Origin: Escherichia coli
GTDB taxonomy: Bacteria > Pseudomonadota > Gammaproteobacteria > Enterobacterales > Enterobacteriaceae
Direction: 5' to 3' (one strand)
Length of the DNA: 64,000 nucleotides
NCBI RefSeq assembly: GCF_003018255.1
Contig: NZ_CP027440.1
Both the position numbers and the translations under genes were made by a program. Below the pieces are notes generated by a model that saw only the letters and a list, made by a program, of their open reading frames with translations, did not search any database and was not told the origin of the DNA. Of the stretch, positions 29,250-41,867 are shown in pieces. Numbering within the stretch: position 1 is the first letter of the stretch; every line of letters starts with the position of its first letter.

Positions 29250-30830
29250 AGGTTTCGGGTCGAAAATATCGGTTCCGAGATGGTTGTAATCTACCTTCTG
29301 TAACTGGAAGTTGGTGATGTATATCGGCCCGGCTTTCTTCTCAGATATAAACGGGTATTTGATATTTATTTCCTTCGCTTTAATTCCCGTCCACTGGGAG
29401 AAAAAGCCTAAGAAGTCATTGGCAGAGCGGCGGGCTTTAATCACCCGATGCGCTTTATCGTCGCTCGAAATGACCATAAAAGGCACCTGGAAATTTTGCT
29501 GATACTTATCATCATGGGCAAGGTATTGCACGTCTTTGCCACGCTCTTTAAAGGCCAGACCGTGGTCAGAAAAGTAAACCAGCGAGAAGCTACTGCCGCT
29601 GTTGCGTAACTGATCGTACAGCTTACGCAGTAAATCGTCTGTTTGCGTCATGGTATAGAGATAGCACGACGTTTCTTTCGATTGCACAAAGGTTTCGTAT
29701 TTGCCTTGTGTCCGGTCGCAGGCCTGCGGATGTGAGCCCATCAGATGTAAAACAATCAGCTGCGGTTGCGAGTGCTCTTGCGCCAGCACTTGAGCGGTCA
29801 TATCCAGTAACGCTTCGTCTTTCGTGTTTTTATCTGCTTCAAAATTACCTTCTTTCAGGAAGTACACTTCATCTGCACGTTTGGCGATGCTGGCGATGGC
29901 GGTATCGTATTCGCCGATTTGGCCCTGGTTGGAAAACCACCAGGTCTGGAAGCCCGCGCGATTTGCCAGGGTGACAAAGTTATCCTGAAACTGTGGTTTG
30001 CCATCGACAACGCGATTGAGCGTTAAGCCAAGCGATTTCTGCGTGGAGCCACTGGCGGCAATGTAGTCAGCAAATATCAAACCGTTAACGCTGCTGGCAA
30101 ACGGGGTATTGTCCCAGTGACCGCCAAAGGCACCGAGGGCATCGCGACGCGCGCTTTCTCCGATCACCACCACATAGGTCTGATACTTCGGCTTAACGGC
30201 AGTGACCGTCCAGGTATCTTTCATTCCGGACAGTTTTGCCATCCGTTCTTGCTCTTCAATCACCTCGTTATTATTGACGATGACATCCTTAGCAAAACGA
30301 AATACCGGATAGCCAGTATCTTTCAGTTTAAATACGCCACCCCAGGCCAGGTTTTGCACGGGAGCAACAAAAAATGTCGCCACACTGAATACCAGACACA
30401 GGCTGTCGAAGGTATTCCAGCGCGCTTTTTCACTCTCTTTTTTCCGCCTGATTGCTATTACGCCGAGCGCAAAAATAAATAAGCCGACCAGGTAGCTGTA
30501 CCACGGAAAAATCGTCAGGATTTCGGTCGACTCTTCCATATTGGTGGAGTGCAATGCCAGCAATGTATTGAAATTAGGTGCGCCGTAGGCCTGAGCAAAA
30601 GGGAAATAACAAGCCGCCACCAGCGAACTGACACCGACCAGAACTTTTTGTACGCGAGGCAATGTTCGCCATAGCAAAAGCAAAATAGCCGTAAACGCAG
30701 CGGTGTAGAGCAAACTGAAGGGATAACCTAAGCCGAGGTTAATTAATAGCGACTGTAAAAAGTAGAACGCAGTCCACGGGCTAAATACCCGGCTACGGGT
30801 AACAAGCGATTCTTTGAGGGTTAAATTCAT
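29247..30830 (-). CDS. opgE: Phosphoethanolamine transferase for osmoregulated periplasmic glucans (sulfatase-like)
   Basis: 527 aa; N-terminal TM segments plus C-terminal sulfatase/alkaline-phosphatase-like domain; position matches ybiP/opgE. Confidence 0.85.
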   Translation of the reverse strand: MNLTLKESLVTRSRVFSPWTAFYFLQSLLINLGLGYPFSLLYTAAFTAILLLLWRTLPRVQKVLVGVSSLVAACYFPFAQAYGAPNFNTLLALHSTNMEESTEILTIFPWYSYLVGLFIFALGVIAIRRKKESEKARWNTFDSLCLVFSVATFFVAPVQNLAWGGVFKLKDTGYPVFRFAKDVIVNNNEVIEEQERMAKLSGMKDTWTVTAVKPKYQTYVVVIGESARRDALGAFGGHWDNTPFASSVNGLIFADYIAASGSTQKSLGLTLNRVVDGKPQFQDNFVTLANRAGFQTWWFSNQGQIGEYDTAIASIAKRADEVYFLKEGNFEADKNTKDEALLDMTAQVLAQEHSQPQLIVLHLMGSHPQACDRTQGKYETFVQSKETSCYLYTMTQTDDLLRKLYDQLRNSGSSFSLVYFSDHGLAFKERGKDVQYLAHDDKYQQNFQVPFMVISSDDKAHRVIKARRSANDFLGFFSQWTGIKAKEINIKYPFISEKKAGPIYITNFQLQKVDYNHLGTDIFDPKP

Positions 30831-31101
30831 ATGCCACTATCGTAACAAACGCCATGTGCTTACCCTGGCGTCAAGGGTCAATACCTGCAAGAGTGCGTGG
30901 AGAGGGGAAAGGGGTCCGCATCCGCGAGCCGCAATATACGCAGGGCTGCAAGAAGATAGAGCGAGCCGCCGTTCAGGTCAACTACTGACGAACAAATCTT
31001 TTGCGAAGGGGATTGCAAATCCGACAAAAAGTGGGGTTTTTCAGACCAAAACGCGTTATGCCTGCATAAAAGCAGGAGTGAAGCGGCGTACCGCGACGCC
31101 G

Positions 31102-31230
31102 CTATTTATCTGAAGGTTTATCTTGCTGCGGTTTGTTGTTGACCATATCGCACAACATAGAGAGCAGCATTAACCGTACTTTAAAGGGAGAATGACTAAA
31201 CACGCGCATACACCTCTTGAACTCATTCAT
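31102..31230 (-). CDS. mntS: Small protein MntS (42 aa), manganese homeostasis
   Basis: Hand-translated from the minus strand: MNEFKRCMRVFSHSPFKVRLMLLSMLCDMVNNKPQQDKPSDK*; below the ORF-track length cutoff. Confidence 0.8.
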   Translation of the reverse strand: MNEFKRCMRVFSHSPFKVRLMLLSMLCDMVNNKPQQDKPSDK

Positions 31231-31284
31231 AAGACCTCCTGACTTGCTAATCCCGTCGATCCTTGAGGGATGATTGCATTACAT

Positions 31285-31325
31285 ACAGATATAGCACAGG
31301 CTATATTATATAGCTATTGCTAAAA
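31285..31325. promoter_or_regulatory. Putative MntR operator(s) between mntS and mntR
   Basis: Palindromic atagcacaggctatat and the adjacent tatagctattgc resemble the MntR half-site pattern ATAGC...GCTAT; lie ~60-95 bp upstream of mntS. Confidence 0.5.
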
Positions 31326-31415
31326 CGTTAATTTTTTGTACCTTCGCAACTCTGGTTTACAATGTGCGCACGAAATGAGAACGCTATGTATGCGTCACCA
31401 TAATGAGGAAGCACA

Positions 31416-31883
31416 ATGAGTCGTCGCGCAGGTACGCCAACAGCAAAAAAAGTGACGCAGTTAGTGAACGTGGAAGAGCACGTTGAAGGGTTCCGCCAGG
31501 TCAGAGAGGCGCATCGGCGCGAGCTGATTGATGATTACGTTGAGCTGATTTCTGACTTGATCAGGGAAGTGGGGGAAGCTCGTCAGGTAGACATGGCTGC
31601 TCGTTTGGGAGTTTCGCAACCGACGGTGGCTAAAATGCTTAAGCGACTGGCAACCATGGGGCTGATTGAAATGATCCCCTGGCGTGGCGTGTTTTTAACG
31701 GCAGAAGGAGAGAAACTGGCGCAGGAAAGCCGCGAGCGACATCAGATAGTCGAAAATTTCTTGTTGGTGTTGGGCGTCAGTCCGGAAATCGCCCGTCGCG
31801 ACGCGGAAGGCATGGAGCACCATGTTAGTGAAGAGACGCTGGATGCCTTTCGTTTGTTTACCCAGAAACACGGTGCCAAATGA
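31416..31883 (+). CDS. mntR: Mn(II)-responsive transcriptional regulator (DtxR family)
   Basis: 155 aa; HTH ([17 protein letters not shown]) followed by metal-binding domain. Confidence 0.92.
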
Positions 31884-32998
31884 GCCTGCCTTTTTTACGC
31901 ACGCTGCAAGGCGATCGTTTTTTTCAGTTATTAATTCTTGTTGGCATCGGATTAAGTTTTTTCGTTCCCTTTGCACCGAAATCCTGGCCTGCTGCTATCG
32001 ACTGGCACACCATCATCACCTTAAGCGGCCTGATGCTGCTGACCAAAGGTGTGGAGTTAAGCGGTTATTTTGATGTGCTGGGGCGCAAAATGGTGCGCCG
32101 CTTTGCTACGGAGCGTCGGCTGGCGATGTTTATGGTGCTGGCGGCGGCGCTGCTTTCTACCTTTCTGACCAACGATGTCGCGCTGTTTATTGTTGTTCCG
32201 CTGACTATCACGCTAAAAAGACTGTGTGAGATCCCGGTTAATCGGCTGATTATTTTTGAGGCGCTGGCAGTCAACGCTGGTTCGCTACTGACGCCAATTG
32301 GCAACCCGCAAAATATTCTTATCTGGGGACGTTCTGGTCTTTCGTTTGCCGGATTTATTGCCCAAATGGCACCGCTGGCTGGCGCAATGATGCTGACACT
32401 CCTGCTGTTGTGCTGGTGTTGTTTCCCTGGAAAGGCGCTGCAATACCATACGGGGGCGCAAACGCCGGAGTGGAAACCGCGGCTGGTGTGGAGTTGTCTG
32501 GGGCTGTATATCGTCTTTCTGATGGCGCTGGAGTTAAAACAAGAGCTGTGGGGACTGGTGATTGTGGCGGTGGGCTTTGCGCTGCTGGCACGTCGCGTGG
32601 TGCTCAGTGTGGACTGGACGCTGCTGCTGGTGTTTATGGCGATGTTTATCGACGTCCATTTACTAACCCAACTGCCAGCTTTGCAGGGGGTGTTAAGTAA
32701 CGTGAGTCATTTATCCGAACCCGGATTATGGTTAACGGCAATCGGTTTATCGCAGGTGATCAGTAACGTGCCGAGTACCATATTGTTGCTGAACTATGTG
32801 CCGCCGTCGTTGCTGCTGGCATGGGCGGTAAACGTAGGGGGCTTTGGTTTATTACCCGGATCGCTGGCAAATTTGATTGCGTTACGGATGGCGAACGATC
32901 GCCGTATCTGGTGGCGTTTTCATCTTTATTCGATACCGATGCTGTTGTGGGCGGCGCTGGTGGGATATGTTTTGTTGGTTATGATCCCGGCCTGGTAG
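31880..32998 (+). CDS. ybiR: Inner membrane transporter
   Basis: 372-aa polytopic membrane protein, 4-bp overlap with mntR. Confidence 0.85.
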
Positions 32999-33009
32999 GG
33001 TCTGGCAAA

Positions 33010-33045
33010 TAAAAAAGGCGGATTATGAGTCCGCCTTTGTTTTAC
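33010..33045. terminator. Bidirectional rho-independent terminator (ybiR / ldtB)
   Basis: aaaaaaggcggattatgagtccgcctttgtttt: hairpin with flanking A-run and T-run. Confidence 0.8.
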
Positions 33046-33055
33046 GTTTTGACGA

Positions 33056-33976
33056 TTAATTCAGACGAACCGGCATCCCGGAACGATTTTTGATCGCTTC
33101 ATCAAGAACAACCTGGTCAACATCTGGCTGACCGGTCACTGTCTGCACGCTCTTCGTCAGGGTAATTGGCACAATTTCCTGACCTTCAAACTGGGCTTCG
33201 GTGGTAGACAGCGGGTTATGGACTTCAATGTAACGGCTGCCGTCTGGTTCGGTAGTCGCTTTCACCGGCTCATCAATAAACTGCACGCGAGTACCGACAG
33301 GCACTTTCTCGAACAGGAATTTAATGTCTTCGTTACGCAGACGCACACAGCCATGACTTACACGCAGGCCGATACCGAAGTTGGCGTTGGTGCCATGGAT
33401 AGCGTACAGGCGACCGATGTAGAGTGCATACAGACCCATCGGGTTATCCGGACCTGCCGGAACGACAGCCGGAAGCGGTTCGCCCGCAGCGCGGTACTCT
33501 GCGTGCATTTTGGCGGTCGGCGTCCAGGTCGGGCCTGCTTTTTTACGCTCAACTTTGGTGGTCCAGTTGATAGGCGTGTCTTTGCCTAACTGACCAATGC
33601 CGATCGGCAGCACGATAACGGTGTTGGTTCCTTTCGGATAGTAATACAGACGCATCTCTGCACTGTTAATGACGATGCCTTCATGAACGGTATCCGGCAG
33701 GATCAGCTGCTGCGGAATGTTCAGTACAGTACCGCCTTTCGGCAGGAAGGTATCCACACCCGGGTTCGCTTCCATCATATTGGAAAGTCCCATCTGGTAC
33801 TCGGCGGCAAAATACTCCAGCGGCTGAGTGTTACCTTCAGGAATGGTGATCACCTGATTCTGACCAACCAGGCGACTCCCGTCGGTTGGCAGAGGATAAG
33901 TTACCGCAGAGGCGGTACTGCAAAAGCCGACAACAGCGAAGGCCGCTGCGAATAATGTTTTCAATTTCATATTCAT
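33056..33976 (-). CDS. ldtB: L,D-transpeptidase (YkuD family) attaching Lpp to peptidoglycan
   Basis: 306 aa; signal peptide; catalytic motif SHGCVRL. Confidence 0.92.
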
Positions 33977-34194
33977 GTTAAGCGAGATTTTGTGCCTGGC
34001 AGGCCATTGGGTTGAGAATATTAGAGTATTGGAAGCGCATTATAAGTTCATTCCAGCTCACAGTGAAATCAGATGTGTACGAAATCACATTTTTTGCCTT
34101 TGGCTTGAGTGTAGACCTTAAGCGAGGAGCAGGATCTTCTTTCAGATTTATGGCATAATGCGCGGTTTGTCATATCTCTTTTCAGGATACGCCT

Positions 34195-35787
34195 GTGTTA
34201 GTTTCCAGTAACGTCACCATGCAGTTCGGCAGTAAGCCGTTGTTTGAAAACATTTCCGTCAAATTTGGCGGCGGCAACCGTTACGGCCTGATTGGCGCGA
34301 ACGGTAGTGGTAAATCCACCTTTATGAAGATCCTCGGCGGCGACTTAGAGCCGACGTTGGGTAACGTTTCCCTCGATCCCAACGAGCGCATTGGTAAGCT
34401 GCGTCAGGATCAGTTTGCCTTTGAAGAGTTCACTGTGCTGGATACGGTGATCATTGGGCATAAAGAGTTGTGGGAAGTGAAGCAGGAGCGTGACCGCATC
34501 TATGCTTTGCCGGAAATGAGTGAAGAAGACGGCTATAAAGTGGCCGATCTGGAAGTGAAATACGGCGAAATGGACGGTTACTCTGCGGAAGCTCGCGCCG
34601 GTGAACTGTTGCTTGGCGTGGGAATTCCAGTGGAACAGCACTACGGCCCGATGAGTGAAGTTGCTCCTGGCTGGAAGCTGCGTGTGCTGCTGGCGCAGGC
34701 GCTGTTTGCTGATCCGGACATTCTCCTGCTCGACGAACCGACCAACAACCTCGACATCGACACCATTCGTTGGCTGGAACAGGTGCTGAACGAGCGTGAC
34801 AGCACCATGATCATCATCTCGCACGACCGTCACTTCCTTAACATGGTTTGTACCCACATGGCGGATCTGGATTACGGCGAGCTGCGCGTTTATCCAGGTA
34901 ACTACGATGAGTACATGACGGCGGCGACCCAGGCGCGTGAGCGTCTGCTGGCTGATAACGCCAAGAAGAAAGCGCAGATTGCTGAGCTGCAATCTTTCGT
35001 TAGCCGCTTTAGTGCCAACGCCTCGAAATCTCGCCAGGCAACTTCGCGCGCGCGCCAGATTGATAAAATCAAACTGGAAGAGGTGAAAGCCTCCAGCCGT
35101 CAGAACCCGTTCATCCGTTTTGAACAGGATAAGAAACTGTTCCGTAACGCGCTGGAAGTGGAAGGTCTGACCAAAGGGTTTGATAACGGTCCGCTGTTTA
35201 AAAATCTCAACCTGCTGCTGGAAGTCGGTGAAAAACTGGCGGTACTGGGTACCAACGGCGTCGGTAAATCAACACTGTTGAAAACGCTGGTGGGCGATCT
35301 GCAACCGGACAGCGGCACCGTAAAATGGTCTGAAAACGCGCGCATTGGTTACTACGCCCAGGACCACGAATATGAGTTCGAAAATGATCTTACCGTGTTC
35401 GAATGGATGAGTCAGTGGAAGCAGGAAGGCGATGACGAGCAGGCGGTACGCAGCATTCTCGGTCGTTTGCTGTTCAGCCAGGACGACATCAAAAAGCCAG
35501 CGAAAGTGCTTTCCGGTGGGGAGAAAGGGCGGATGCTGTTTGGTAAGTTAATGATGCAGAAGCCGAACATTCTGATCATGGACGAACCGACCAACCACCT
35601 GGATATGGAATCCATTGAGTCGCTGAACATGGCGCTGGAACTGTATCAGGGCACGCTGATCTTTGTGTCTCACGACCGTGAGTTTGTAAGCTCCCTGGCG
35701 ACCCGAATTCTGGAAATCACCCCGGAACGCGTGATCGACTTTAGCGGTAATTACGAAGATTATCTGCGTAGTAAAGGGATCGAGTAA
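34195..35787 (+). CDS. ybiT: ABC-F family ATPase with two nucleotide-binding domains and no membrane domain
   Basis: 530 aa; Walker [10 protein letters not shown] and GTNGVGKST, two LSGGE-type signatures. Confidence 0.92.
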   Translation: MLVSSNVTMQFGSKPLFENISVKFGGGNRYGLIGANGSGKSTFMKILGGDLEPTLGNVSLDPNERIGKLRQDQFAFEEFTVLDTVIIGHKELWEVKQERDRIYALPEMSEEDGYKVADLEVKYGEMDGYSAEARAGELLLGVGIPVEQHYGPMSEVAPGWKLRVLLAQALFADPDILLLDEPTNNLDIDTIRWLEQVLNERDSTMIIISHDRHFLNMVCTHMADLDYGELRVYPGNYDEYMTAATQARERLLADNAKKKAQIAELQSFVSRFSANASKSRQATSRARQIDKIKLEEVKASSRQNPFIRFEQDKKLFRNALEVEGLTKGFDNGPLFKNLNLLLEVGEKLAVLGTNGVGKSTLLKTLVGDLQPDSGTVKWSENARIGYYAQDHEYEFENDLTVFEWMSQWKQEGDDEQAVRSILGRLLFSQDDIKKPAKVLSGGEKGRMLFGKLMMQKPNILIMDEPTNHLDMESIESLNMALELYQGTLIFVSHDREFVSSLATRILEITPERVIDFSGNYEDYLRSKGIE

Positions 35788-35847
35788 GTTATTATCCGTC
35801 AGCCCGATACTGTCGGGGTGACGGCGGCTGATGACAAACGCAAGATT

Positions 35848-35946
35848 GCCTGATGCGCTATGCTTATCAGGCCTACGCAGTACCTGCAATATATTGAATC
35901 TGCAGGACTTTGTAGGCCGGATAAGGCGTTAACGCCGCATCAGGCA
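35848..35946. repeat. BIME (two inverted REP units), near-identical to the copy at 11050-11148
   Basis: gcctgatgcgctatgcttatcaggcctacg ... gtaggccggataaggcgttaacgccgcatcaggcat. Confidence 0.8.
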
Positions 35947-36027
35947 TTAACAAAGCGCATTTGTCAGCAATCTGAGTAACGTTGAATCGATTTTCTTAAT
36001 CCCACATCAATTCACTTCCATTAACTC

Positions 36028-37287
36028 TCAAACATCCATGCCCAGTGCGCGCTTACCGTGAATGTTCAGATCCTCCAGCGTAAAGCGGCCTTCCCAGTTT
36101 GCTTCATAATCTTCCCGCGGGAAGTCGCCAGGTGATGCGCCTTTTTCCAGCGCCATTTTGACTTTGTGTGCATAAGCCCGATTTTTCTCGCACATTGGCG
36201 CAGCAGGGATATACATCACGTTGCCCCAACCCTGTTGATTGTCTACTGGCGCGACGGAGTGAATCACATCGCAGTGCCACCAGACGGAATCCCCTGCTGT
36301 TATCGCGGGAATGGAAGTCAGCGCTTTAAGCAGTAGTGGATGCCATTTCTCTGAAATGGGCAGAACTTTGCCAGGTGCAACCCCGCACAGTTCATCGTCC
36401 GGTACGTCATCCAGCAGCGGGCGCAATAAAACATACGCCATCGCTTCCGGGATAGGCACCACATGTAACAATCCCTGACCCGATAACATATCAGAGAGCG
36501 CCGTCCAGCCCTGAAACGTGCGGAACACCGAACATTTTGTAGTGTTATCTACCGTGTACTCTTCGACATCGGTCCGGTGTGCAGCATCCCAGGGATCGTA
36601 ATCATCGAAATTACCATTAAACACATTGGCAAAAACGCGCTGATAAGCGGGTAATAACCACCGTTCCAGCGCACCAGAATCGGTATGCGCGCCCAGGCCT
36701 TTAGATGTAGTACCTGGAGGGCGGCGGCGGATCCTGTCTGGATAAATCACACTGATATCAGGATTAAACCACTGTTTGCCGTTGCTTTCAGACTTCCACA
36801 GTCGGTTTAGAAAAGATTGCACAGCAGCCATGTTTTCGCTCTGCCGCGCCTGCATCTGTGCTTGCGACCAGTAAATGGGATAGATTTCGGGACGAGAAGC
36901 CTCCAGCGAGCCGAAAAAACTGTCGCCAGGGCCTTTATAAACATCATCAAAATGATTGATATCAAGATAATCGAGCATGGCACGATCCCACGCCATCGCC
37001 TGCTCGCGAGGGAAATGGCCTTTTATGACTGCACAACCGCGACGTTTAATTTCATTGCGAGTGGCATCGCTTACTGTACCTGCGGCAATATCACTATAAG
37101 AAACTTCCGGCCAAACCGGCAGCCCTTGCGCTTTTAGGGCATCGATTTCAGCAACACGCGTTTCGATTTTTGCAGAGAGTGTATCGAAAACCTGTTGCAC
37201 ATCACTGAGCTGTTCCCGCAGCGCAGCTTTCATCTCTCGGATAGCTGCTTTCGCATCTGTGGGCAGCGTCTCACAGGAAAAAGTCAT
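36028..37287 (-). CDS. ybiU: DUF1479 family protein
   Basis: 419-aa ORF; position between ybiT and ybiV; identification by synteny and size. Confidence 0.8.
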   Translation of the reverse strand: MTFSCETLPTDAKAAIREMKAALREQLSDVQQVFDTLSAKIETRVAEIDALKAQGLPVWPEVSYSDIAAGTVSDATRNEIKRRGCAVIKGHFPREQAMAWDRAMLDYLDINHFDDVYKGPGDSFFGSLEASRPEIYPIYWSQAQMQARQSENMAAVQSFLNRLWKSESNGKQWFNPDISVIYPDRIRRRPPGTTSKGLGAHTDSGALERWLLPAYQRVFANVFNGNFDDYDPWDAAHRTDVEEYTVDNTTKCSVFRTFQGWTALSDMLSGQGLLHVVPIPEAMAYVLLRPLLDDVPDDELCGVAPGKVLPISEKWHPLLLKALTSIPAITAGDSVWWHCDVIHSVAPVDNQQGWGNVMYIPAAPMCEKNRAYAHKVKMALEKGASPGDFPREDYEANWEGRFTLEDLNIHGKRALGMDV

Positions 37288-37438
37288 ATCAACCTCGCTT
37301 CTTTCATTCGAAAGTAAAATGATTGCGATTGATACATTAAGTTAAAAATAAGTTAACGCAAGATAAAAATATTGAGTCAGTGCACAAAGCGAGCAAAAAG
37401 GAGAGAGGCCGAAGTGGTCACTTCGGCCAGGGGGAAGA

Positions 37439-38254
37439 TCAACTATTGAAAGGAGCGATATTATCCAGCACCGCCTGAATCACATTCAGCGCGCCTTCAT
37501 GATTATTATCATCGGTAGCGTAACGGGCGATTTGTTTAATGTTTTCCGCAGCATTGCCCATCGCAAAGGAATAACGCGCCATTTTCAGCATCTCCGCATC
37601 GTTACCGCTGTCGCCAATCGCTACCACATTTTGCGGTGACAGATCCCAGCGTTTCAGTAACCGCGAAATACCGTTTGCTTTATGTAGACCGGGAATAATC
37701 AAGTCGATAAAGCCAAAACCACTGGTGACGGGTTTCATAATGCCATCCAGCGCTATGTGCAGTTTGTCGATCACTAACGGGATTTGTTCATCCGGCAGGT
37801 TGAGCGAAAACTTGAACAGTACGTCGTCAATCTCCTGATAATCTTTTACAGGTTTCAGGCGATGGTAGTGTTTTGCCATCAGTGCGACGAATGCTTCGGG
37901 GGCATTTTCGCTGACATATGCACTTTGCAGACCGCAGGCGACAAAATTGAGTTGCTTATCTTTTAGCAACTCGCCAATAACAATCCGCGATTCATGTCGG
38001 GTCAGTTCGCCGTGGAACAACTGCTTGCCATGTTCGTAAACCAGTGCGCCGTTTTCCGCGACAAAAGAGATCTCATCCTTTAGCTCAGGAAAGAACGAAA
38101 TAAGCTGGTAATACTGATTACCGCTGGCGACAACGAACTCAATGCCGCGCTTTTTCAGTTCCTGATATTGCGCCATAAAACGTGGTTGGTTGTACGTTTT
38201 GGCGTCGTTAAGAAAAGTACCGTCCATGTCTGTGACGATAACTTTTACGCTCAT
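37439..38254 (-). CDS. ybiV: HAD-superfamily (Cof-type) sugar phosphatase
   Basis: 271 aa; N-terminal DMDGT motif (VTDMDGTFL), C-terminal GDSGND. Confidence 0.9.
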   Translation of the reverse strand: MSVKVIVTDMDGTFLNDAKTYNQPRFMAQYQELKKRGIEFVVASGNQYYQLISFFPELKDEISFVAENGALVYEHGKQLFHGELTRHESRIVIGELLKDKQLNFVACGLQSAYVSENAPEAFVALMAKHYHRLKPVKDYQEIDDVLFKFSLNLPDEQIPLVIDKLHIALDGIMKPVTSGFGFIDLIIPGLHKANGISRLLKRWDLSPQNVVAIGDSGNDAEMLKMARYSFAMGNAAENIKQIARYATDDNNHEGALNVIQAVLDNIAPFNS

Positions 38255-38399
38255 AGGTGTGCTCCTGGCTCGAAAATGAAACCGTAACAGTGTAATAACA
38301 ATGTGACGCAGAGCACAAATTATATTTCGAATGAAAGCGAGGCTGAAATTGATGATGTGAATGATTTGGCCCGGCGACGACGACGCCGGGCTGAGGGGA

Positions 38400-40832
38400 T
38401 TACAGCATGTGTTCGGTACGGGCGATGATATCGTCCTGTGCGTCTGGAGAGAGCGCGGTGAAGAAGGCGGAATAACCCGCTACGCGTACCACCAGATCGC
38501 GGTATTGATCCGGATGTTTCTTCGCCTCCAGCAATGTTTCGCGGGAAACAATGTTGTACTGAATATGCCAGCCTTTATGCACTTCAAAGAAGGTACGCAG
38601 CAGGATCATCAGTTTCTGCTTGTCAGATTCATTCTCCAGCGTTGCCGGATTCAGTTTCTGGTTGAGCAGCACGCCGCCGAGAATTGCTGCCGTAGGCAGT
38701 TTACCCACCGAGCCAATGACCGCAGTAGGGCCGAGATGGTCAGTACCGGAGGCCGGACTAGCGCCTTCTGCCAGCGGGGTATGTGCTTTACGTCCGTCCG
38801 GCGTTGCCATCGTCTGCGCGCCAAACGGTACGTTAGCGGAGATAGACGATGTGCCCGCATAATAGTTGCCGCCAATCGGACCACGACCGTAGCGCGGGTT
38901 ATGGTACTGCTTCAGTTCGTCGATATAGGTCTGATAAGCGCGAGCCAGCAGCGTATCGACAGTATCATCGTCGTTGCCGTACTTCGGCGCACCGTTAATC
39001 AGCCGCTGACGCAGCTGCTCGTGAGTCAGGCCGTCGAAGTCATCCGCCAGTGCGGCAGCCAGCTGTTGCTGACCAATCGCGCCCTGTTCAAATACCAGTT
39101 TCTTCACTGCCGCCAGGCTGTTGCCGAGGTTAGCAATGCCGACCTGCAGGCCAGAAACCCAGTCATATTTCGCGCCGCCTTGCTTGATACTTTTCGCTCG
39201 CTCAATACAGTCATCGACCAGCGCCGAGCAGAGAATATCGTGTACGTTCTCTTCCAGCATGGTATCGACGACATATTCGATTTCGATTGATTTACGCGTG
39301 TAGTAACGGATTTGCGTATCCCATGCGTCCATTACTTCATCGAAGTTGTTGAAGTTACCCGCTGACAACGCTTTTGCTTGTGGCAGGAACACTTTGCCGC
39401 TGGTGGCATCACGACCACCTTCCAGCGCCGCCAGCATCACGCGGGCGAAGTTGATAAAGCTCATGCCGGTACAGCGATAGCCCCATTTGCCACCGACGGC
39501 GGTTTCGATACAACCAATTGCTGCGTAGTCGTAAGCGTCCTGCGGTTCAATACCGAGTTTAATAAATTCCGGGATCACGATTTCGTCGTTGTTGAACGCC
39601 GGCATCCCGAAGCCGCAGCGGATCACCTGAACACAGGCGTCGAGGAAATCGTTACTCATACCCGCATGGTAACGCACGCTGAGGTTAGGCTGAGTCGAAC
39701 GCAGGCGACCGCAAGATTCGAGGATCGCATAAGAGAGTGGATTTACCGCGTCCATCGGTTGACCATCAACCAGATTTTGCCCGCCAATGGTGACGTTCTG
39801 ATACAGCGGACTTCCCGCAGAGGCTTTTGAGTGTGAGCCGGAGCGGATTTTGTTCACTTCCAGCAGTTTCAGCCAGCAGCTATGCAGCATCTCGATGGCG
39901 TGTTCGCGATCCAGTGTCTGGTTCAGTTCAACGTCACGGCGATAGTATGGGTAGAGATACTGGTCCATACGACCAAACGATACCGAGTGACCGTTAGATT
40001 CGATCTGCAAAATCAACTGGATGAAGTAGCACAGTTGCAGCGCCTGCCAGAAAGTCTGCGGCGGCTGGTGGGCGATAAGATCGCAGTTTTCTGCTATCGT
40101 CAGCAGTTCATCGCGACGGCTTTCGCGGGTTTCGGTTGCGGCCATTTCACGCGCCAGGGCAGCGAAACGTTCAATGTGTTCACTGACTGCCACCAGCACG
40201 ATATCAATCGCTTTCAGGAATTGCTCGCCGTGCAGATCTTCCAGAACCGTCAGATTGATGCGCGAGCGACGTTCCGCCACTTTCTCACGCAGACCATCAA
40301 GACCTTTTTCCAGCAGTAGCGGGAAATTGACCGCCAGGTGCGCATCGCCGGAGGTCATATTGCCCTCCGCTTTAATGATGCCGGTCGCCAGCAGACCTTT
40401 TTGCTCATCGGTAAACATGCCGTAGCAGCGATCCTGTACGGTCTGACCGCGCCACCACGGGCACACTTCATGCAGAACGCGTTTGTTCTCTTCGCTCACC
40501 GCAAAACCAGCACCGGGACGATCTGCCAGATCATCAATCTCTTTTTCGATCCAGGAGACGGTATATTCCGGGAAGATCGGCGCGGCGCGAACTTCGCTTG
40601 CCTGGTTGCCAATGATCAATTCATCATGTTTGATCCAGATGGTGCGATTCGCCAGGTGATGCGCCAGTGCCAGCGCGCGACGTACCGGGATTGGCTTATC
40701 GAGATGTTGTTGATACATCTCGGTATAGTGTTGTGCTCGTTCGGTACAGACCGGCGGTTTCACAATATGCACCAGCGCATTTTTGTGCGCTTTAATGCGG
40801 TCGCTGAGCGTATCCAGTTTTAGTGTTGTCAT
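38400..40832 (-). CDS. ybiW: Glycyl radical enzyme (pyruvate formate-lyase-like)
   Basis: 810 aa; C-terminal glycyl-radical motif RVAGYSAFF; followed by its activase gene. Confidence 0.92.
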   Translation of the reverse strand: MTTLKLDTLSDRIKAHKNALVHIVKPPVCTERAQHYTEMYQQHLDKPIPVRRALALAHHLANRTIWIKHDELIIGNQASEVRAAPIFPEYTVSWIEKEIDDLADRPGAGFAVSEENKRVLHEVCPWWRGQTVQDRCYGMFTDEQKGLLATGIIKAEGNMTSGDAHLAVNFPLLLEKGLDGLREKVAERRSRINLTVLEDLHGEQFLKAIDIVLVAVSEHIERFAALAREMAATETRESRRDELLTIAENCDLIAHQPPQTFWQALQLCYFIQLILQIESNGHSVSFGRMDQYLYPYYRRDVELNQTLDREHAIEMLHSCWLKLLEVNKIRSGSHSKASAGSPLYQNVTIGGQNLVDGQPMDAVNPLSYAILESCGRLRSTQPNLSVRYHAGMSNDFLDACVQVIRCGFGMPAFNNDEIVIPEFIKLGIEPQDAYDYAAIGCIETAVGGKWGYRCTGMSFINFARVMLAALEGGRDATSGKVFLPQAKALSAGNFNNFDEVMDAWDTQIRYYTRKSIEIEYVVDTMLEENVHDILCSALVDDCIERAKSIKQGGAKYDWVSGLQVGIANLGNSLAAVKKLVFEQGAIGQQQLAAALADDFDGLTHEQLRQRLINGAPKYGNDDDTVDTLLARAYQTYIDELKQYHNPRYGRGPIGGNYYAGTSSISANVPFGAQTMATPDGRKAHTPLAEGASPASGTDHLGPTAVIGSVGKLPTAAILGGVLLNQKLNPATLENESDKQKLMILLRTFFEVHKGWHIQYNIVSRETLLEAKKHPDQYRDLVVRVAGYSAFFTALSPDAQDDIIARTEHML

Positions 40833-40837
40833 GATTG

Positions 40838-41764
40838 TTATCCTCGTAAGGTCGCGGTTAACCCTTTCTGGCAGGCATACTGCTGGGCAAAGTCGAGCAG
40901 TTCTGGCGCATCAAGCGGTTTTTCCGGGGCGTCATAGGGCAGATTAAGTAAGTGATATTTGTTGATGCCCAGCGTGTGGTAGGGCAGGAAATGAATTTCA
41001 CCAACGTGCAGCTCGTCGGCGGCAAAATCGGTAATGGCTTTCACAGAGGTTTCGTCGGCATTAAAGCCCTGAATCAGCGGCACGCGGATAATGATTTTTT
41101 TGCCCGCTGCGGCGAGTTTTTTCAGGTTATCCAGCACTCTGGCGGCGTTACCGTCGGTCCACTGTTTAAATGGCGCGTCGGCAACGTGTTTTAAATCGGC
41201 AAGAAACAGATCGATATAGGGCAGAGAAGGGGCGATATATTTCCACGGCACATGCAGACAGGTTTCTACCGCAGTATGAATGCCGGCCTCGTGGCTGGCT
41301 TGCAGCAGCGCCGTCGCCATTTCCGGCTGCATAAACGGTTCACCGCCAGAAAGCGTTAAGCCGCCGCCGCTGCGCTCGTAAAACGGTTTATCGCGCAAAA
41401 CGGTTGCCATGATCTCCTCAACGCTTTTCACTTCACCACATACGGTTAACGCCTGTGTCGGGCAGCAGTCGGTTAACGCCGTAAAATGCTCCGGGGTTAA
41501 CTTTTCCCGATGGATAAGCAAACCATTCAGCGCGCGCTCAATCACTTCCGGCGCGGCCTTAGCGCACAGCTCGCAGCCTTCCAGACACAGTCGTGCGTCA
41601 TACAGCAGATCCTGCGTGCGGGCGCGGCTTTCCGGGTTCTGACACCAGCGGCAGCCCAGCGAACAGCCTTTAAGAAATACGACCGTGCGGATACCGGGGC
41701 CATCATGGGTCGAGTAGCGCTGAATATTGAAAATCATAGTTGCCTCTCTGTTTCGTTCAAACAT
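40838..41764 (-). CDS. ybiY: Glycyl-radical enzyme activating protein (radical SAM)
   Basis: CxxxCxxC cluster (CSLGCRWC); alternative start at MIFNIQRY (41737). Confidence 0.9.
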   Translation of the reverse strand: MFERNREATMIFNIQRYSTHDGPGIRTVVFLKGCSLGCRWCQNPESRARTQDLLYDARLCLEGCELCAKAAPEVIERALNGLLIHREKLTPEHFTALTDCCPTQALTVCGEVKSVEEIMATVLRDKPFYERSGGGLTLSGGEPFMQPEMATALLQASHEAGIHTAVETCLHVPWKYIAPSLPYIDLFLADLKHVADAPFKQWTDGNAARVLDNLKKLAAAGKKIIIRVPLIQGFNADETSVKAITDFAADELHVGEIHFLPYHTLGINKYHLLNLPYDAPEKPLDAPELLDFAQQYACQKGLTATLRG

Positions 41765-41867
41765 TAAAATACTTTCGAATGAAAGTTAGATTGATGTGCG
41801 TCAACTGTTCAGAGAGTTTTCCCGTGATAGTCTACATTCAGACAAAAAGTACATTTTGAGGATGGTT

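Noticed and set aside
36028-37287. Possible two-codon length difference in ybiU relative to the K-12 protein
   Set aside because: Based only on my recollection of the reference length (421 versus 419 aa); too uncertain to report without an alignment.
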